A stretch of 64,000 nucleotides of DNA, taken from Octopus vulgaris. Its lineage: Eukaryota. This document shows, piece after piece, positions 1 to 12,646 of this stretch (its first letter is position 1; each line of letters starts with the position of its first letter). Under the pieces are notes generated by a model that was not told where the DNA came from, did not search any database, and was given only the letters and a program-made list of their open reading frames with translations. Where the stretch lies: contig OX597819.1 in assembly GCA_951406725.2 (NCBI GenBank), positions 110,608,001 to 110,672,000 on the forward strand, in the 5' to 3' direction. The position numbers were made by a program, and so were the translations under genes.

Positions 1-28
1 AGCAAGCTACTTACCACACAGCCACTCC
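1..28 (-). mobile_element. 5' head fragment of tRNA-derived SINE family A (continues outside window)
   Basis: Reverse complement ggagtggctgtgtggtaagtagcttgct matches the head of full copies at 55059 and 59934. Confidence 0.8.
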
Positions 29-542
29 ATACACACACACACACACATGCATATACTAATCAGAAATGGCTCCGATGTAAGTAGCATTAATTTTCTTAGG
101 TCTTTCAATTTTCCTAAATTGATCGATAGATCAATTGAATAAACCTATCAGTAATGTTTTTATAATGACTATTGGAAACAGCTGTTAGCTAAATTTGCCC
201 CAATAAAGGAAAATATGAAATGACTATTATTTTAAACTTGTTTCTTATATGTCACTCTGTGTAAAAAACAGTTTTTCTGGAACCCATCCACGGATTTACA
301 ATATAGAATTGTTAGGAACCATAACCTTGGACCATAATAAAAGGTAACCTGGAATTCTTCACTGATCTAAGTAATACTGTTAGCCAGGTGTGCCAACAGA
401 AAGCTTATAAAGTATTTTACCCGGATTGATAATCACTATTTGTATAGATATACACGTGTGTGATTGTGTGAGTCTGAGTTTCTCTGTGTGGCTATATGCG
501 TGTATATGTGTGTGTGCATTTGAATACAAAAGTTGGTAATGA

Positions 543-688
543 TTTCTTTTACTTGTTTCAGTCATTTGACTGTGTCCATGCTGGAGTACCGCCTTATTAG
601 TCGAGCAAACCGACCCCAGAACTCATTCTTTTAAAGCCTAGTACTTATTCTATCGGTCTCTTTTTGCCGAACCGCCAGGTGACGGGGA
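543..688 (-). mobile_element. SINE family A, 3' fragment
   Basis: Matches the 3' module of full copies (cggttcggcaaaa...gaataagtactaggc...atgactgaaacaagtaaaag on the minus strand). Confidence 0.85.
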
Positions 689-832
689 AAGAATGAAGGA
701 AAAGAAAAGTTGACACGTAGTAGTTCACTTTCCGTATTTATTCGGCCCAACTGGCTAATAGTAAGTACCAGCTAGATAGAGACAAAGCACGATTGATTCA
801 ATTGCACACACACATATATGTATACAACTACT

Positions 833-1010
833 GTGAGGGCGCATGGCCTAGTGTTTAAAGTGTTGTTCTTACGATCGTGGGATCGTAGTTGCAATTCTTG
901 GATCGGGTGGTACTTTGTATTCTTGAACAAAACACTTCATCTTTCGTTGCTTTGCGATCGCTTCGACACTTGACATCTGATGTGTGGTTCACCGTGCACT
1001 TGTTCAGGCA
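833..1010 (+). mobile_element. Diverged tRNA-headed SINE fragment (family C-like head)
   Basis: A-box-like tggcctagtgt, degenerate B-box gttgcaattc, and ttgtattcttgaacaaaacactt resembling ttgtgtccttgagcaagacactt near 46910. Confidence 0.5.
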
Positions 1011-1300
1011 ACTGGAATAATATTTGCCTCTCAAACCCTCTTTCACAGGGCCAAAGATATGATAGTCTTAAGGCGCTAAATCTGGTGACGAGGAAGTGAA
1101 AACTGTAGTGAAGAAGTGGCTCAAAGAACAGTCAACAGAATTCTAATTCGAAGGTGGAACATTGCTACTGAGAGAAACGGTGACTATGTTGAGAATTATG
1201 GATGTGATCCTCAGAGGACCAGCTTCATTTTGATGTATGATACATGTTACTGTGTTGGTAATTATACCTGTCCTAAATAAAATGGCATTACTTTTGACTC
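1011..1300. mobile_element. Rearranged mariner (Tc1/mariner) 3' remnant; TIR split by a LINE and resumed at 2416-2430
   Basis: Minus 1088->1011 reads SPDLAP*DYHIFGPVKEGLRGKYYSS; plus from 1084 reads GDEEVKTVVKKWLKEQSTEF and then IRRWNIATERNGDYVE, a mariner transposase C-terminus. It ends in ttacttttgactc|accc, resembling a mariner TIR. Confidence 0.8.
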
Positions 1301-2415
1301 GGTAAACTACCGCCTATTACTTGTCAAGCTTCAAGCATATAGTTTCCATCCGGATATTGTACGATGGGTTGGTGCCTTCCTCTCAGATCGCTCCTTCCAA
1401 GTCCAAGTAAATGGTTCGCGGTCCGACGTCTCCAGTGCGAGCAGTGGCGTGCCTCAAGGTTCAGTGCTTGGGCCCTTATTGTTCTTAGTCTTCATAAATG
1501 ACTTGGCCCGACGACCTCACGCAACACACCCTTCTATTTGCCGACGATATCAAACTGGTCGCTCCTCGCGGTGATATAGAGGATCTTCGTCGATGCCTCC
1601 ACCAAATTTGGAAGTGGTCTAACGAATGGGACCTGTGTCTGAACGTGTCAAAGTGCTGTCATCTGCCTGTTGGCTCTCCTCCTGCAACTCAACTTGATTT
1701 CGAGCCGGGTCGTCTGCTGCTGGAGAGGACCGATCAGGTAAAGGACCTGGGTATCTTGGTGGATTCCTCCTTTTCACCTTCGGCCCAGTGCGTCCATGCT
1801 GCCAACAAAGCACGCGGAATTCTGTTCTTGATTCGACGGTCATTCGGAATGCTCACAGCAGCCATATTCCTACCACTCTATGTCACGCTGGTGAGGCCCA
1901 TATTGGAGTACGGGATTCAAGCCTCTTCTCCTTATCTCCTCAAAGACATACAGCATCTCGAAAGAGTCCAGAAGCTGGCTACCCGCATGGTTCATGGTCT
2001 CAAAAATTTGTCCTACGAAGAAAGGCTGAGGACGCTCGACCTTTATTCTCTTGAAAAACGCCGCCGCCGTGGTGATCTCATTCTCGCCCACAACATCATA
2101 AGCGGAAAGTGTAACCTCTCGAAAGAGCTGTTCTTCACTCCTGCTCCAGAGCGTCGGCTGCGGGGTCATTCCGAAAAGCTCTACCTGCGACGATTTCATC
2201 TCAATCGAAGGAGAGGAGCTTTCTCCGTCCGGGTTGCGGATCCGTGGAACAAGCTGCCAGACGAGATGGTGAAGATGCCGACGACCGCTTTGTTCAAAGC
2301 CTCCCTTGACCTCAAGTGGCCTGAACTCTTTACATGAACACCACCCTGTACTTAACTCCATGTCCCCCTACATGGTCTTGCTATTTGCTTTTGAGCCAAA
2401 TTAACTAACTAACTA
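1301..2415 (+). mobile_element. 5'-truncated CR1/L2-group non-LTR retrotransposon with (AACT)n tail and 11-bp TSD
   Basis: RT motifs SGVPQGSVLGPLLF, FADD, KDLGI, LVRPILEY, LERVQK, RRRRGDLI, RGH; short 3' UTR; tail aactaactaact; acttttgactc at 1290-1300 and 2416-2426. Confidence 0.9.
1302..2337 (+). pseudogene. Reverse transcriptase (ORF2 C-terminal part) of CR1/L2-group LINE, one frameshift near 1505
   Basis: Upstream frame VNYRLLLVKLQAY...GVPQGSVLGPLLFLVFINDL shifts into ORF 1498..2337 (PDDLTQHTLLFADDIKL...). Confidence 0.85.
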
Positions 2416-2989
2416 ACTTTTGACTCACCCTTTTGGTTAATATATTTTATTTTAAAGTAAAGAGGGAAGAAAATGAAAATAAAATTAATTTATGAGATAT
2501 GAAAAATGTTACTATCTAAGATTTGATCAAATAATGATAATAATTCTTGATTCGTATATTGTTTTCCAGCATGAAAAAATAAATGAATAAATGAAACAAA
2601 ATCACTTTTAGAAGATGAATGAAAACTCGAAAAACAAAAACAAAAAAAAAATCATTAAAAAATCACTCTAATAAACATTGAAATACAAAACAAGAAAAAA
2701 AAAACATTGAAACATAGAAAAATATTTTAATCAACAAAAGCTTTATCAAAAACAGCAAAATTATTTTTTTGAAAATCAAACCAAAAATAATATTTTAAAA
2801 ATATAAACATCAGCTACAACAACAGCAATAGAACGACGAAATCACTAATAAATGAAATCAACAGCTATATAAAAAATACAGCTATAACAACAACAACAAC
2901 AATATCAATACGTAGAGGGACAGAAAAAAAACAACGAATACTAACAGTATCAACTATAACATGTAACTGTTACAACTATCAACGAAAGA

Positions 2990-3226
2990 AACATCGCTAT
3001 CATCAACATCATCATCATCATCATCATCATCACCACCACCACCACTTCCCCCGCCATCATCATCATCATCATCATCATCATCGTCGTCGTCGTTGTTGTC
3101 ATCATCATCGTCACCACCACCACCACCACCGTCGTAGTCGTCGAAATCATCATCATCATCATCTACATCATCATCACCGCCACCACCACCACCACCACGA
3201 CCATCATCATCATTATCATCATCATT

Positions 3227-3259
<33 letters not shown>

Positions 3260-3317
3260 GTCGTCGTCATCCTCATCATTGTCACCACCACCACCACCAC
3301 CACCACCGTCGTCGTAG

Positions 3318-3355
<38 letters not shown>

Positions 3356-3567
3356 TTCACCATCATCATCATCATCATCTGATTTACACACAAGGCCCGC
3401 AATTTGGAGAAGTACAGGCTTGATAGTTGATACCATCGCTCCAGTACACAGGCCACTTTATTTTATCGACCCCGGAGGGATGAAACGTAAAGTTAACCTT
3501 TGGAGAGATTTGAACTAAGTACATAAAGAACCAGAGCAAATACGGCAAAGCACCACCACCATCATTG

Positions 3568-3600
<33 letters not shown>

Positions 3601-4343
3601 GCTTCACAATCATCATCAGCATTATCATCATCATCGTCCTCTTCATCTCATCGTCATAATCATCCTCAATATTATCATCATCATCAGCACCATCATCCTC
3701 ATCTTCATCTTCATATTCGTCAACGTGATAATCATCATCATTTTCTTCGTCGCTGTTGTCACTACCACCACCACAACCGCCGCTACTTTCATAACCATTG
3801 ACAGCAGCAGCAACAGCAGCAATAGCAACAGCAGAAGTAGTAGCAGAAGCAGCAGCAGCAACAAGAATTACAAGAACAAGAAGAAGAAGAAGAAGAACAA
3901 CAACAACAACAACAACAATAACAACAACAACAACGTAATGATGAATGCTATGCAGCAAAAATAATAGTGGTATGAATAGGAAGAGGAGTACGAAGAGGAA
4001 GGAGGAAAATGGCATCCGAAAAAATTAATGAATATCGTAGTAATGGTAGCCATAGTGTAGCTGTAGTATTGCAGAAAAAAGGAGATATCTGAGGAATGAA
4101 GAAGGAGGTGTGGGAGGAGGAAGAGGAAGAGAAGGAGAAGATGACGAAGATGAAAGAAGGAAGAGAAGAAGAAGAAGAAGAAGAAGAAGAAGAAGAAGAA
4201 GAAGAAGAAGAAGAAGAAGATGGAGGCGGAGTAGAAAGAGGTTGAGTAGGAAGAGAGCAGAATAAGCGGAATAAATAAAAGAATGGAAGCGAAGAAGATG
4301 AAGAGGAAATAGTGGTAGAAGTTGCAGCAGCAGCAGTACCCGC

Positions 4344-4384
<41 letters not shown>

Positions 4385-4433
4385 CGGCGGTGGTGGTGGA
4401 GGTAGTAGTAGTAGTAGCAGCAGCAGCAGCAAC

Positions 4434-4484
<51 letters not shown>

Positions 4485-4620
4485 TGTAGTAGTGGTTGTA
4501 GGCAAGATAACGAAGAAGAAAACATAAAAACCGAAAACACCATCAACAACAACAACAAAAAGCAACAAAACAAAACAACAAAATAAAGATAATAATCATA
4601 ACAAGAGCAATATCGATATC
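2990..4620. repeat. Compound trinucleotide microsatellite / low-complexity block (CAT, CAC, CAA, GAA, GTA)
   Basis: Directly visible triplet runs; they explain the poly-D/M/L/T ORFs in all frames. Confidence 0.95.
3387..3552 (-). mobile_element. Diverged SINE family B fragment
   Basis: ttttatcgaccccggagggatgaaa is the reverse complement of the family B core tttcatcctttcggggtcgataaa. Confidence 0.7.
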
Positions 4621-4915
4621 AAATTCATGGATGAAAAATCTCTGGAAAAAGGAAAAAAGAAAGAAGAAAAAAAATGAAGAAAAACGACAACAACAACAAC
4701 AACAGCACTAATGACAACGATAAAAATACAACAATAACAAAAATATTGAAATAGAGAAACAAAACAATTAAAAAAACACACAATGAGATGTCGCAGCCAA
4801 GCCTTTTGTAAGAAATCCTCAACAAAAATGTCAACAAGGTGTTCCATAATTGACCGTCAAAATTGACAGCACACAGACAGACAATGAAATAAGCAGACAC
4901 ACACATGTACTTGGA

Positions 4916-4953
<38 letters not shown>

Positions 4954-5495
4954 CACATGTATGCAATGCGCAATCGTATGCAGAGAGACAAAGGTATTTG
5001 CACAGAGGCACTCTTCATGGAAAGTATGCAAATATCTTTCTCTACATCTTTGGCAAATATGGCTGTGATGCGGAAGAAATAATTGAAGACAGAGCGTGAA
5101 ATAACTCGAGATTTAGCTGCGACAAGACGAGAGCTATATTAGCAACAACAACAACAGCAACAACAACAACAATATGAGAAAGGAAAGCAACAACTAAAAC
5201 AACAACATAAAAAAAATAGCAGTGAGAAAAAAAAAACAACAGAAAGGAACAATTGTAAGCGGAAATAGGAGAGCAAAAGTTAGAGAGAGTGGGTGCGTGG
5301 GTAAGAGGGAAAAAAGAGGGGTTTTGGAAAGAGGAGGGGGCGGAGCAGGAAGAAGAGGTGGAGGAAGGGGAGGAGAAGGAAGAAGAGGTGGAGGACGAAA
5401 AGGAGGGAAGTAAAAAGGAAACAAATTAATAAAAGAAAGCGGGGCGATAGGGAAAAACATATACCGACAGATAAATATACATATCTACACATATC

Positions 5496-5603
<108 letters not shown>

Positions 5604-5636
5604 GGATACATATACGTGCATAGATATACATAATAA

Positions 5637-5700
<64 letters not shown>

Positions 5701-6375
5701 GTATATATGTATATATATGTTTTGTGCGTATTTGTGACATGAGAATTAAGGTAAAGAAATTATGATTATGATGATGATGATGATGATGATGATGATGGTG
5801 GTGGTGATGGTGGTGGTAGTGGTGGTAGTGGTGATGTTGGTTATTGTGGTGATGGTGGCGATAATGGTGATGAGGCTGCACAATATAATAATCAAAATAT
5901 TCACATCGATAATTATAATAAAAATAGCAATAATACAAAGAACAGGAAATTTTAATATTAGCAAGATCAACAGCAGCAGCAACAACAACACCACCAAGAA
6001 GAAGAAGAAGAAGAAGAAGAAGAACGACAACAACAACAACCACAACAACAGCAGCAACAACAACAACAGTAATAATAATAGCAGTAATAATACAGAAAAT
6101 AATGAATTATGATGAAAGCGGTATAGAAAATAGAGCAGAAAAACTGTTGTTTCCATTATAAATGACTTAAAAACTGCAATCAACTGATAAACATCATCAC
6201 CATCATCATCTTCACCACCACCGCCACCACTACCACCACCACCACCATCATTATCATCATCATCCTCATCATCATCATCAACCGCAACAATAACCTAATC
6301 TGCATATGGATTCATTAAAGAATGAGAAAAAAGTTGATACATTATGATTCATATTTTTCACACACATGTTCACAA

Positions 6376-6407
<32 letters not shown>

Positions 6408-7565
6408 TCATGTTCACATAGAAACACATACACACGCACACACACATACACAGACACACACAGAGGTAATCATTGATTGTATCGGCGGTAAATGCATGTG
6501 GTTATAGGAGTGTGTGTCTGTGCATGTTTATGTATATATATATGTTCATGTGTAAATATAATTACATACATATAATTGTATTATGTGTGTGCATGTGGGG
6601 GGGGGGGGAGTGTGCACGTATATATGTAAGGAAGGAAAATGTGTTTCACAGAAACAGGAAAAAATGTAAATCATATATTGGTGTCTTTGTCTGTGTCTTA
6701 CACGCGCATATGATATATGTGTAGACTTGTGCATGATATGTGTAGTTGTGCATTTGCATGTGTATGTACGTGTGTATGTATGTGCGTATTTCTATGTGTC
6801 TGTGTGTGTGCGTGCTTCTTAGCGATGATGTTATTAAGTCTCGGTAGGTTTGTGTTTGATATAAAATTTCTCTGCGTGACATAGTTAGCAGGAGTCTGTA
6901 CCATTCTTAAATACATCTGCCATATCTAATAGTACCCATGAAATCCTGGTAGTCCTCCCTTTGCCTTGGCATTTCCAGATAAGTTTTAAGTATTCTGCGC
7001 ATATCATTATTGAAGCAGCCGTTCGGAAATGTAGTTTTATGGGGGAGAGAAGCTGTTTCACAAAACTGATTCTTCATGTCAATTTTACATAAATGATGGT
7101 TTTAATATACATCACTTCTCTTTCTAGATTTTTCTTTTTTAGGATGGTTATAAGACAGCCTTCGCAAGAATTTATTATCTTATTGGTATTCGCATCATGA
7201 TAGAGTCTCATAGCAGTACTCTGAAAATATACTAAAGTTACATCGTCAGTTGATATCGCACATGCTTAATAACCTTTGATGAGCGACTGAATTAAATGTA
7301 TATGTAATGTTCTTCAGCTCCATGCGTGGCCAATACGACTGTCACTTAAGTTTTATGTTGTAAAGTTTTTCTCAAAATATTTCCGGAACAACTTCTACTA
7401 TCCATAATCTTGAAGCTATCATCTCCTAAGAGACCAAGAATTTTATAAGTGGAGATTTCCATTTCATTGAGTAAGAACCAGTCTAATAGATCACCGACAT
7501 GTATAGACTCAGACACACAGACAGGCACACACAAAAATACATAGAAATACACACGCATACATGCA

Positions 7566-7624
<59 letters not shown>

Positions 7625-7655
7625 GCACACACAACACAGACACACGTAGATAGAT

Positions 7656-7819
7656 AGACGTAGGCGTGGCTTTTGTGGTAATAAGCTTGTTTCTCATCCA
7701 CATCGTTCCGTGTTCAGCCCTACTGAGTGGCACCCTGGGCAAGTGACTTCTGCATTAATCTCAGACCGGCCAAAGTCTTGTGAGTGGAATTGGTAGACAG
7801 AAACTGAAAGAAGCTCGTC

Positions 7820-7874
<55 letters not shown>

Positions 7875-8063
7875 AGTGTGTATTTGTCACCCCCATCACC
7901 ACTTGACAACCGGTGCTGGTGTGATTACGACCCCGTAACTTAGCGGTTCGGCAAAAGAGACCGATAAAATAAGCACTAGGCTTTAAAAAATAAGTGATTC
8001 AAGCTGGTGTTCCTGCATGGCCGCATTCGAATAACTGAAACAAAGAAAGGAATAAAAAAGAAT
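7656..8063 (+). mobile_element. SINE family A, full length, with internal (TA)n(TG)n
   Basis: tRNA-like head, ccctgggcaagtg box, internal microsatellite, conserved 3' module and A-rich tail. Confidence 0.9.
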
Positions 8064-8076
8064 CTATATCTCCATA

Positions 8077-8229
8077 AGGCGGTGAGCTGGGCAAAATGCT
8101 TTGTGTCAGTTCGTCCGACCTGACGTTCTAGGTTCAACTCCCGCAGGAGTCGACTTTGCCTTTAATCCTATCCCATCATGAGATAACATAAGTACCAGGT
8201 GAACACTGGGGTTGATATAATCGATTTAC
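8077..8229 (+). mobile_element. SINE family B (Meta-domain-like core)
   Basis: aggcggtgagctgg head, ggttcaactcc B-box, gtcgactttgcctttaatcc...taagtaccag core. Confidence 0.8.
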
Positions 8230-8248
8230 ACATACATACATACAAACG

Positions 8249-8298
<50 letters not shown>

Positions 8299-8554
8299 AA
8301 AGGAACAAATATTCAGGAGTGAATATTCATATAGATATTATTATTGTTATTATTATCTGCAGTAATATAAATAGTTGATAATAACAACAATAGTATAAGT
8401 GGCGGCAGGCCTAAATAGCATTAGATAGCTATAAAATTAAAATTTATATCAACCATAAGGGCAAACAAAGGCGGCGACCTGCTAGAAAGAGGAGTTAAAA
8501 CCCTCATTGATGGTTTAAAAGAGGGTTTTAACTCCCCTTTCTAGCAGGTAGGCG

Positions 8555-8675
8555 CCTCTCTCCTTGTTTCTCTCCTTCTGTAGAAGAGCGTAGGCTCGAA
8601 ACGTAAAAAACTTTTTCTATTCCTGAGCGTTATACTAATACATCTTCGTCTTTTGTTTTTTTCGTAAACTCTCCC

Positions 8676-8676
<1 letters not shown>
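8555..8676 (+). mobile_element. Short hammerhead-like element, family H1 (other copies near 33340, 34055, 55960, 57690)
   Basis: ctgtaga-a-gagc-gtag-gctc-gaaac-gta followed by conserved cctgagcgttatactaatac...aactctccc and a (TA)n run. Confidence 0.7.
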
Positions 8677-8727
<51 letters not shown>

Positions 8728-8850
8728 TAAAATATATAAAATATATATAAAATATATATAAAATATATATATATATATATATACACGCGCACACACACAA
8801 GCACGTTCAATACACATCTATCTATCTATCTATCTATCTATCATCTATTA

Positions 8851-8914
<64 letters not shown>

Positions 8915-8940
8915 CTGTCTGTCTATCTATCATCTGTCTG

Positions 8941-8994
<54 letters not shown>

Positions 8995-8999
8995 AATCA

Positions 9000-9069
<70 letters not shown>

Positions 9070-9462
9070 CATATATATTGATTCACACATATTTGTTACC
9101 ACTAAAGTGTACAAATTTAAATGTGAAACAAAGAATGAATAAATTATCTTGTATTTCCGTGGTATTTGAGACCCTGTGCTAAATTTTTGAATATATAGTA
9201 CATTTGATATTTTATTTTTTGAAATGCGGAACTTTTATGATAACCGCTTTCCCCACTCATGCACTTTAAACAATTTCTTATCGACTTTTTGACAAAATAA
9301 GTAATGTTTCATATTTCGGTCCCAAACTGCTGAAGAAATTTCGGAAAACAGGAATCAAGTTCTAACTTTAACTATCGCTTATAATTCTTATATCTTTATA
9401 TCTGTAAATACATACATACACTCATACATTCATACATTCTCATATGCATATAAACTTACATT

Positions 9463-9518
<56 letters not shown>

Positions 9519-9653
9519 AAAATAGTAAAGTGGGAAAAAACGACAGAAGGCTTAAATGTTAAAAAATATATATATTTGTGTCAAAATGTCTGGAGAATAT
9601 TGGAAAATTTTTTTTTTCCCTTTCCTTAAAATGACATAATTTTAAAATTTTTA

Positions 9654-9693
9654 AAGAAATTACCGGTTTCGCGTGTAGCTTTTCAAATTTCTT
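9654..9693 (-). ncRNA. Minimal type I hammerhead ribozyme, U3-A8 variant (inverted pLTR copy)
   Basis: aagaaat-TTGAAAA-gc(tacac)gc-GAAAC-cg-GTA-atttctt: perfect 7-bp stem I, palindromic ACCGGT helix III. Confidence 0.7.
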
Positions 9694-10042
9694 GTGACGT
9701 TATGTTTATATTGCATGGAATTATCGTTGTTTTTATTTCCAGGAGATTTCTAAATAAGGAGGTAGTGAGTGATTTTTTCCGGTGTAGGGGAGATAATCGC
9801 TTAAAAATTTTTTCCCTTTTCCTTGTTAATTTCTCTGTGTCAGTATGTTCGGATGGTTGAGTCTGGGTTTGTACTTTTCAATGAAGAATGTTTCCCTGTT
9901 CAGTCTCATTTGTGTTGATGATCCGAAAGCACATTGGTAAAATGGGAAGATTAAAAATTGTGGCAGTAGTTGCTTTGCGCATTTCTCAATGTGCTCACTA
10001 AAAGGTATCATTCTATATTCTGGGAATGCAATCTGTTGTCGA

Positions 10043-11998
10043 AACAATACACAATGGAAAGAACTGATAGAACTCCAAAATGATGAAGATATAACCATTA
10101 AGGAAGCGGACAAGGGAAATGCAGTTGTAATAATGGATACATCATACTACAGAAATCTTGTAATTTCCTTGCTTGATGAAGACCTACATTATGAAAAAAT
10201 TACCAACTACACCCCACAAAAAATAATGAAAACTCTATCTTCACTAATTAAAACCCATGAAAAGGAACTGACAACCAAAGAGATTGATTTCCTAACAAAC
10301 TTTAAATGCAAATCTAGCCTTTTCTATGGTCTGCCAAAAATTCATAAAAGTCAAATTATAAATGAAACCATTAAAAAATCACCAAAGACATACATACACA
10401 CACCTAATCCGGGGGACCTAAAACTACGACCCATTGTAGCTGGCCCAACCTGTGAAACACACAGACTAAGTCTACTTATGGACATCCTCTTGAAACCCTT
10501 CCTTAAACATATCGATAGCCATATCAGAGATGACTTAGATATGTTAAACCACCTTCCAAAAAAAACCAAGGAAGAAACAATCCTGGTTTCATTTGATGTA
10601 GTCAACTTGTATACCAGTATACCTCATAATTATGGACTGGAGGCAATACAATTCTGGTTAGACCAATTTCCGGAAGAAATACCAAAAAGGATCAGTAAGG
10701 AATTCATTACTAAATCAATTGAATTCATCCTACACAATAACCACTTCATGTTTGACAATACATTTTACCGTCAAAAATCCGGAATTGCTATGGGTACAAG
10801 GGCAGCACCAGTCATTGCGAACTTAACAATGGGATACATGGAAATAATCATTTACCAGGAATCTCTATCAATCTTTGGAAACTCCCTCTCTCAATACATA
10901 AAAGAGAATTGGAAACGATTCCTAGACGATTGTTTCATTCTCTGGAATGAAAACATAGATAAACTCCTAAAATTTAAAAACCTATTGAACAGCATAAACC
11001 CAAATATACAGTTCACAATGGAATACAACCAAAAGGAGCTCCCGTTCTTGGATATACTAATTTAAAAAATTAACCTTAAAATAGAAACAGACATTTTTTA
11101 CAAAGCCACAGACGCCAAACAATACCTTCTTTTTAATTCATGCCACCGAAGACACACTAAAACAAACATCCCCTTCAACCTTGCAAGAAGGATATGCACA
11201 ATAGTGTCAGAACAAAATACCAGGAACTTTAGACTGCAAGAACTCAAAAACACCCTAATTGACAGACATTACCCAGCTCAACTCATAGAGGATGGGATCA
11301 GACGTGCAACAGAAATCAACATAGAAACTTTAAGAAAAGTTCAACACAACAACACACCTTCCCCGAAAATACTACCTTACATATCTACATACAACCCCAG
11401 AAACAAAGAAGCCTTCACCATCATCACCCAGAACTTACCAATACTTCATAAAAACCCAAAATTAAAGGAAATTCTAAACATACACCAAATCATTAAAAGC
11501 TACAAACAGCCTAAATCACTTAAAAAGATTCTCACAAAGGCAAAATTGTCTTCTAAAATTACGGATGCAAAAGTAAAAAAATGTGGTAGATCGAACTGTG
11601 CAACATGTCCTAACCTATTGGAAGGATCAGAATTCTTCTTTAAAGAGGGACAGAAATTTAAGATCAAATCTAACTTTACTTGTGCCTCTGAAAACATAAT
11701 TTATGTTATTAAATGCTCGGGCTGCCACCAAGACTACGTGGGTTCCACGGGACTATCACTCAGGCGCAGATGCACACTGCATCGACAACAGATTGCATTC
11801 CCAGAATATAGAATGATACCTTTTAGTGAGCACATTGAGAAATGCGCAAAGCAACTACTGCCACAATTTTTAATCTTCCCATTTTACCAATGTGCTTTCG
11901 GATCATCAACACAAATGAGACTGAACAAGGAAACATTCTTCATTGAAAAGTACAAACCCAGACTCAACCATCCGAACATACTGACACAGAGAAATTAA
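10043..11998 (+). pseudogene. PLE reverse transcriptase + GIY-YIG endonuclease with one in-frame stop at 11063-11065
   Basis: ADKGNAVV, YGLPKIHK, LRPIV, SFDVVNLYTSI, GIAMGT, RFLDD, LPFLD; same frame resumes with TDIFYKATD...SCH, Cys linker CGRSNCATC and IIYVIKCSGCHQDYVGST. ORFs 9989 and 11204 share a frame. Confidence 0.92.
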
Positions 11999-12134
11999 CA
12001 AGGAAAAGGGAAAAAAAATTTTTAAGCGATTATCTCCCCTACACCGGAAAAAATCACTCACTACCTCCCCTTATTTAGAAATCTCCTGGAAATAAAAACA
12101 ACGATAATTCCATGCAATATAAACATAACGTCAC

Positions 12135-12174
12135 AAGAAATTTGAAAAGCTACACGCGAAACCGGTAATCTCTT
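12135..12174 (+). ncRNA. Minimal type I hammerhead ribozyme, U3-A8 variant (PLE 3' pLTR)
   Basis: Same motif as 9654-9693 with one mismatch in stem I (atctctt). Confidence 0.68.
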
Positions 12175-12352
12175 TAAAAATTTTAAAATTATGTCATTTT
12201 AAGGAAAAGGAAAAAAAAAAATTTTCCAATATTCTCCAGACATTTTGACACAAATATATATATTTTTTAACATTTAAGCCTTCTGTCGTTTTTTCACACT
12301 TTACTATTTTCTTATATATTCACCCACGTGCTTTACCAAACAAACTTTCTTA

Positions 12353-12395
<43 letters not shown>

Positions 12396-12486
12396 ATAAA
12401 TATTAGGGAATAAATCCAAATTTACAGGGAAAAATCAGATTTAGGATTGAATCCAATTTTATAGTAAAATATTATATAATATTAAT

Positions 12487-12646
12487 TAGAGACAAAACCA
12501 CTATTATGCAAATCAAACAAAGAAAGACTTAATCCAATACATAAAAATTTTTATATAAATTAAATAAAATTTTATTTAATTTATATAAAATTTTTTATGT
12601 ATTGGATTAAGTCTTTCTTTGTTTGATTTGCATAATAGTGGTTTTG

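Larger units (their letters stand above)
9510..12354 (+). mobile_element. Neptune-type Penelope-like retroelement, 5'-truncated, with inverted pseudo-LTR and 3' tail, inserted in (TA)n
   Basis: RT + GIY-YIG ORF; 9510-10042 is the reverse complement of 11782-12319; ~35 nt unpaired tail at 12320-12354; (TA)n on both sides. Confidence 0.93.

Noticed and set aside
6840-7500. Microsatellite-free tract, possible old transposon (similar: 19700-20020, 59400-59920)
   Set aside because: No convincing TIRs, TSDs or peptide motifs found by eye.
9826-10113. 95-aa minus-strand ORF identical to the PLE C-terminus
   Set aside because: It is the inverted pLTR copy read through the junction, not a separate gene. 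The first ~18 codons of ORF 9989 are likewise junction-derived.
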